Under the pieces are notes generated by a model. That model was not told where the DNA came from. It searched no databases and worked only from the letters and a program-made list of their open reading frames with translations. 64,000 bases of DNA. Source: Cyanobacteriota bacterium. GTDB lineage: Bacteria > Cyanobacteriota > Cyanobacteriia > PCC-6307 > Cyanobiaceae. Positions 61,084-64,000 of the stretch are shown piece after piece (within the stretch, counting starts at the first letter, position 1; each line of letters begins with the position of its first letter). The stretch is taken from assembly GCA_046052125.1 (NCBI GenBank), contig JBJOMY010000001.1, positions 96,001-160,000 on the forward strand, in the 5' to 3' direction. Made by a program: the position numbers and the translations under genes.

Positions 61084-61482
61084 TCAGGCCCAGTTTTCAT
61101 AGAGCAAACCATCGACCCGCTCAAATTCCCGCAGGTTGTTGCTGACCAGAGTGAGCCCTTCACTGCGCGCCTGGGCAGCGATGTGCAGGTCATTCACACC
61201 AATCGGTGTTCGGCGTCGCTTGAGGGCACTGAGGATCTGCCCGTAATGCTGAGCTGCTTTGGCTCCATAATCGAGCACATCGAGCCGGCTGCAGAAATCC
61301 TCCACAACAGAAAGTGTGCGTTGTGGTTGCGAACATTTCTCAGCCCCGTGCAGTAGTTCTCCCAATGTGATGGCAGAGATCGCGAGGTGAGAGGCATTCT
61401 CGTTGAAGCGATCCAGGAGTGCCTCAGGCCTGCGCTTAATCACGTCAATGTAGATATTGGTATCCAGCAGATAACTCAACAT
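61084..61482 (-). CDS. vapC: VapC PIN-domain toxin (enterobacterial tRNA-fMet nuclease-like)
   Basis: LLDTN, GELLHG, PIGVNDLHIA, NNLREFERV..L..ENW. Confidence 0.9.
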   Translation of the reverse strand: MLSYLLDTNIYIDVIKRRPEALLDRFNENASHLAISAITLGELLHGAEKCSQPQRTLSVVEDFCSRLDVLDYGAKAAQHYGQILSALKRRRTPIGVNDLHIAAQARSEGLTLVSNNLREFERVDGLLYENWA

Positions 61483-61490
61483 CACTACAC

Positions 61491-61727
61491 TCAGAACGAT
61501 TCGCGCTCGGGCTGCTCCTGGCTGGATCGTTCGACCATGAAGTCATCTGGTACCGCCGGGCTGTCATGGAAAAAGCTGTCCCAGCGTTGGCCAACGGAAG
61601 AGATGATCCGCTCCTGGCCGCAGGCACGCACCTCAACAGATTTGACGGAATCAGGTAGGCGCAGGTGAGCAGGGATCCGTACCGCCTGGCTGCGATTGCT
61701 CAGAAACAGCTTGGTGAAGCTGGGCAC
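61491..61727 (-). CDS. vapB: VapB antitoxin (AbrB fold)
   Basis: LFLSNRSQAVRIP, WDSFF, DDFM.ER. Confidence 0.9.
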   Translation of the reverse strand: MPSFTKLFLSNRSQAVRIPAHLRLPDSVKSVEVRACGQERIISSVGQRWDSFFHDSPAVPDDFMVERSSQEQPERESF

Positions 61728-61741
61728 AGCAAACCCCTCAA

Positions 61742-61764
61742 GGGATATACCGGCCGTCTATCCC
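61742..61764. promoter_or_regulatory. Probable vapBC autoregulatory operator
   Basis: GGGATATAC-cggcc-GTCTATCCC inverted repeat 14 nt upstream of vapB. Confidence 0.6.
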
Positions 61765-61988
61765 GCTCAGGTGCGAACGGCTCGTGCCTCCAGTGCATCG
61801 AGATCATCAGCTTTCAGCAGTGGGCACGCTGGGAGGGTCCACGCCGCTTCCATGGCACGCGCCGCCGCGGCTGTGTGGTGAGCCGAGCGCTAGTGCGGAC
61901 CATCAGGGGAGGGGATCGAGGCCGGCGGGTGTGAGCGGATCTCCAGAGGGATGACGACAGTGCAGCCAGAAGCCGCGATGATGGGCAG

Positions 61989-62228
61989 ATGGTTCCGGCA
62001 TCGCCACCAACTCTGGACGAGCTTCGCCGGTTGGCTCCGGCGCTGCACAGCCTCACGGCGGCTCATGGTGCCCTAGAGCTGCAGGTGTTCGGCTCAGTGG
62101 TCTGGGGTTCCGCGCGGCCGGGCAGTGACCTGGATCTGCTGAGCGTTCCCGTAGACCTGCTGACCCGCCGAGGTCTGCGGGCTGAGCTGCGTCAACGGAT
62201 TGAAGAGGAGGCCATCCCTCTTGCATGA
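61989..62228 (+). pseudogene. Minimal nucleotidyltransferase (MNT) with apparent internal deletion, no HEPN partner
   Basis: VFGSV..G.ARPGSDLDLL joined directly to SVPVDLLT. Confidence 0.7.
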
Positions 62229-62289
62229 GCACCTGCTTGGTGCGGCACCAACGGTAGGATTTCGTGCAGAGAGAATTCGATGTACAGCC

Positions 62290-62571
62290 ATGGCTGCAGC
62301 GGTCCATCCACCTGCTCTCAAGCTTGTTGGCAGCAACGGGCAGATCTCACTGGGTAAGCAATACGCCGGCCGCCACGTGCTGGTGGAAGAGAGCGAGCCG
62401 GGTGTCTGGATTGTGCGCACCGCCACCGTGATTCCCGACAATGAGCGCTGGCTCCATGAACCAGGAGCAGCCGCAGACCTTCAGGCTGCGATGAGCTGGT
62501 CTGCAAGCCATCCACCCACCGATGCCGAGGTTGTAGACACCCTCAAGCGCCTGGGTGATGACGCAGCCTGA
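62290..62571 (+). CDS. Putative antitoxin, AbrB-like N-terminus
   Basis: KLVGSNGQISLGKQYAG; overlaps next ORF. Confidence 0.68.
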   Translation: MAAAVHPPALKLVGSNGQISLGKQYAGRHVLVEESEPGVWIVRTATVIPDNERWLHEPGAAADLQAAMSWSASHPPTDAEVVDTLKRLGDDAA

Positions 62572-62878
62572 GCCAACGATCAGGTTGGATCTGAACAACC
62601 CGGTGTTTCAGGAGCAATTGCTGACGCTGCAGAAGCCTGAGCGCCATGCAGCACTCGACACCCTCAACAAAATCCGGCAGCTGACCTGGAATCAGCTCTA
62701 CCGAGATCCAGGGCTCAAGTGGGAAAAGATCACGAGCGTCAGACCGCCCGTTGGGATCGACGCTGTGTATTCCCTGAGGATCAGCCGATCACGTCGCGCT
62801 ACGGCCCACCGTGATGGCGAGTTCATGCGGTTGCTGACCATCGCACCGGATCACGACGCTACCTACGGGAAGAAATAA
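62555..62878 (+). CDS. Putative RelE/ParE-like toxin
   Basis: GLKWEKI...VYSLRISRSRRA...LLTI..DHD.TY pattern. Confidence 0.65.
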   Translation: MMTQPEPTIRLDLNNPVFQEQLLTLQKPERHAALDTLNKIRQLTWNQLYRDPGLKWEKITSVRPPVGIDAVYSLRISRSRRATAHRDGEFMRLLTIAPDHDATYGKK

Positions 62879-62978
62879 GCGCACCACCAGGTGTTACATC
62901 AGCACCCCGCCAGAAGCACCCCACCAGCTCAAGACGCACCGCAAGATGTGCCGCGCCGGGCACCTCCAGGATCGCCCC

Positions 62979-63267
62979 TTGACTGGCGGATATGGCTACT
63001 CATGTTTGGGATATGGCCCCGAGGATCCCGTTGGTCTGGTGGAGTCCTGCTAGGGGGCTGCGGAGTGGATCCTTGCCACCCACGCCGCCAAGGGTGTCTT
63101 AATCCCGAGGCCTTGGATCGATCACCCCTATGGGGAGGAAGAGATCACCCTGCTCGAGGAGGAGCTGTTGCCAGCGATGGCGGTGTTCCTCGCCCGGGTT
63201 GATGCGATTGATCGGGCGATTGAGGCCGATCAGGAGCTGGAGGTGGCTGCCCATCAGGTCCGCTGAG
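62979..63267 (+). pseudogene. Hypothetical gene interrupted by in-frame TAG
   Basis: One frame reads GYGPEDPVGLVESC*GAAEWILATH...EEEITLLEEELLP...; coding-like on both sides of the stop. Confidence 0.45.
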
Positions 63268-63315
63268 GGCCAGGCCGGCGCTGGCCGGCCTTTTCTGCTG
63301 CTCCCGTTGGGCGCG

Positions 63316-63636
63316 TTAGGGAATACGGAGCTCGCAGTAATCCCCGGGCGCCAGATCAGCCACCACATCCACCACCTGATCGGCTGCTGCTTTGATCCGC
63401 GGCCAGCTGGTGGTGGAGAGCACCAGGATTGCGATGGTGCGGGATTGCAGATTCTGCTGATAGCGCAGGTTGGTGTCGGTGGTGATCAGCAGTTCGTAGC
63501 CCTGTTGCTCAGCCAGGCGAATCAGATCGCCGTTGGTCACGGTTGACCAGCCCTGCTCGTAAGCGGTGCTGACCTGATGGGCACTCAGCCATCGCCGCAG
63601 AGGAGCTGGTGTCCCCTGATCAAACAGGATGCGCAC
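63316..63636 (-). CDS. DUF5615 PIN-like toxin (VapC45-type)
   Basis: RILFDQG, NGDLI..A, LITTD.NL.YQQN. Confidence 0.82.
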   Translation of the reverse strand: MRILFDQGTPAPLRRWLSAHQVSTAYEQGWSTVTNGDLIRLAEQQGYELLITTDTNLRYQQNLQSRTIAILVLSTTSWPRIKAAADQVVDVVADLAPGDYCELRIP

Positions 63637-63875
63637 TACGCCAGGGCCACGGCCGTACTTCTGGCGGCGTGCTCGAGCACTTGGCGAGCCTGTGCTGCGC
63701 TCACCCCAGGGAAGAGTTCTACGAACTCCACCAGGGAAACGCCGTCCTCCAGGTTCTCGAACAGCGCCGCCACGGGAATCCGGGTGCCGCGGAACACCCA
63801 GGCGCCGCTGACGCGCTGCGGATCTTGTTCCACAGCCGGGCAATCGGCCCAATCCAGATGGCTTGGTGTCGGCAT
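63636..63875 (-). CDS. DUF433 antitoxin (VapB45-type)
   Basis: DPQRVSGAWVFRGTRIPV..LFENL; overlaps PIN-like start. Confidence 0.85.
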   Translation of the reverse strand: MPTPSHLDWADCPAVEQDPQRVSGAWVFRGTRIPVAALFENLEDGVSLVEFVELFPGVSAAQARQVLEHAARSTAVALA

Positions 63876-63920
63876 GGCAGAAACCCTGTCGCCATGCCAA
63901 CAGTAGGCAGATTCCATGGA

Positions 63921-63998
63921 TCAGGCGGAAGCCGCCTCCTCCAGGAAGCCTTCAATCCAGCGCTGATGGCGGCTAGTGGTGATCAACCCCGCCAGGGA
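63921..63998 (-). CDS. 3' end of an unidentified CDS entering from beyond the window
   Basis: Open frame SLAGLITTSRHQRWIEGFLEEAASA*. Confidence 0.35.
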   Translation of the reverse strand, partial: SLAGLITTSRHQRWIEGFLEEAASA

Positions 63999-64000
63999 TG

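Noticed and set aside
61912..61950. IEAGGCERI, resembling a serine-resolvase N-terminal segment
   Set aside because: Too short; no YARVS catalytic motif or continuation

Overview
GC-rich picocyanobacterial chromosome segment (Synechococcus/Cyanobium-like; inferred from gene content and codon style). About 1-29 kb is core housekeeping: glyS end, chlP, typA, lpt genes, ccsA, rpe, glpX, hemA, glgC, gndA, pgl, ilvD, upp, a cobalamin riboswitch-hupE-cobW unit, purSQ and a peroxiredoxin. About 33-46 kb is a sulfate-uptake/cysteine cluster (cysW-cysT/cysA, 1-Cys Prx, cysK, Crp-type cysR, Rrf2/CymR-like regulator, two sulfate-binding proteins, class II amidotransferase, chrA). It is interrupted by an AT-rich EcoRV-like restriction-modification cassette that abuts a truncated anmK. 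About 46-64 kb is accessory: a GluR0-like channel, ClC, cyAbrB, an RpaB-like regulator, a FAD2-like desaturase, PilZ, a Kelch propeller, a CDF transporter and a dense, partly decayed toxin-antitoxin array. The best lead is a candidate CymR-CysK sulfur regulon: the Rrf2 protein ends in MFYI like Firmicute CymR, a 24-bp motif recurs in the cluster's promoter regions, and an uncharacterised small protein (CLxWxxDGEL) is coupled between cysR and cysK with a paralogue at 60.2 kb. I saw no CRISPR array, tRNA, rRNA, integrase or transposase. All calls come from reading the sequence; no searches were run.
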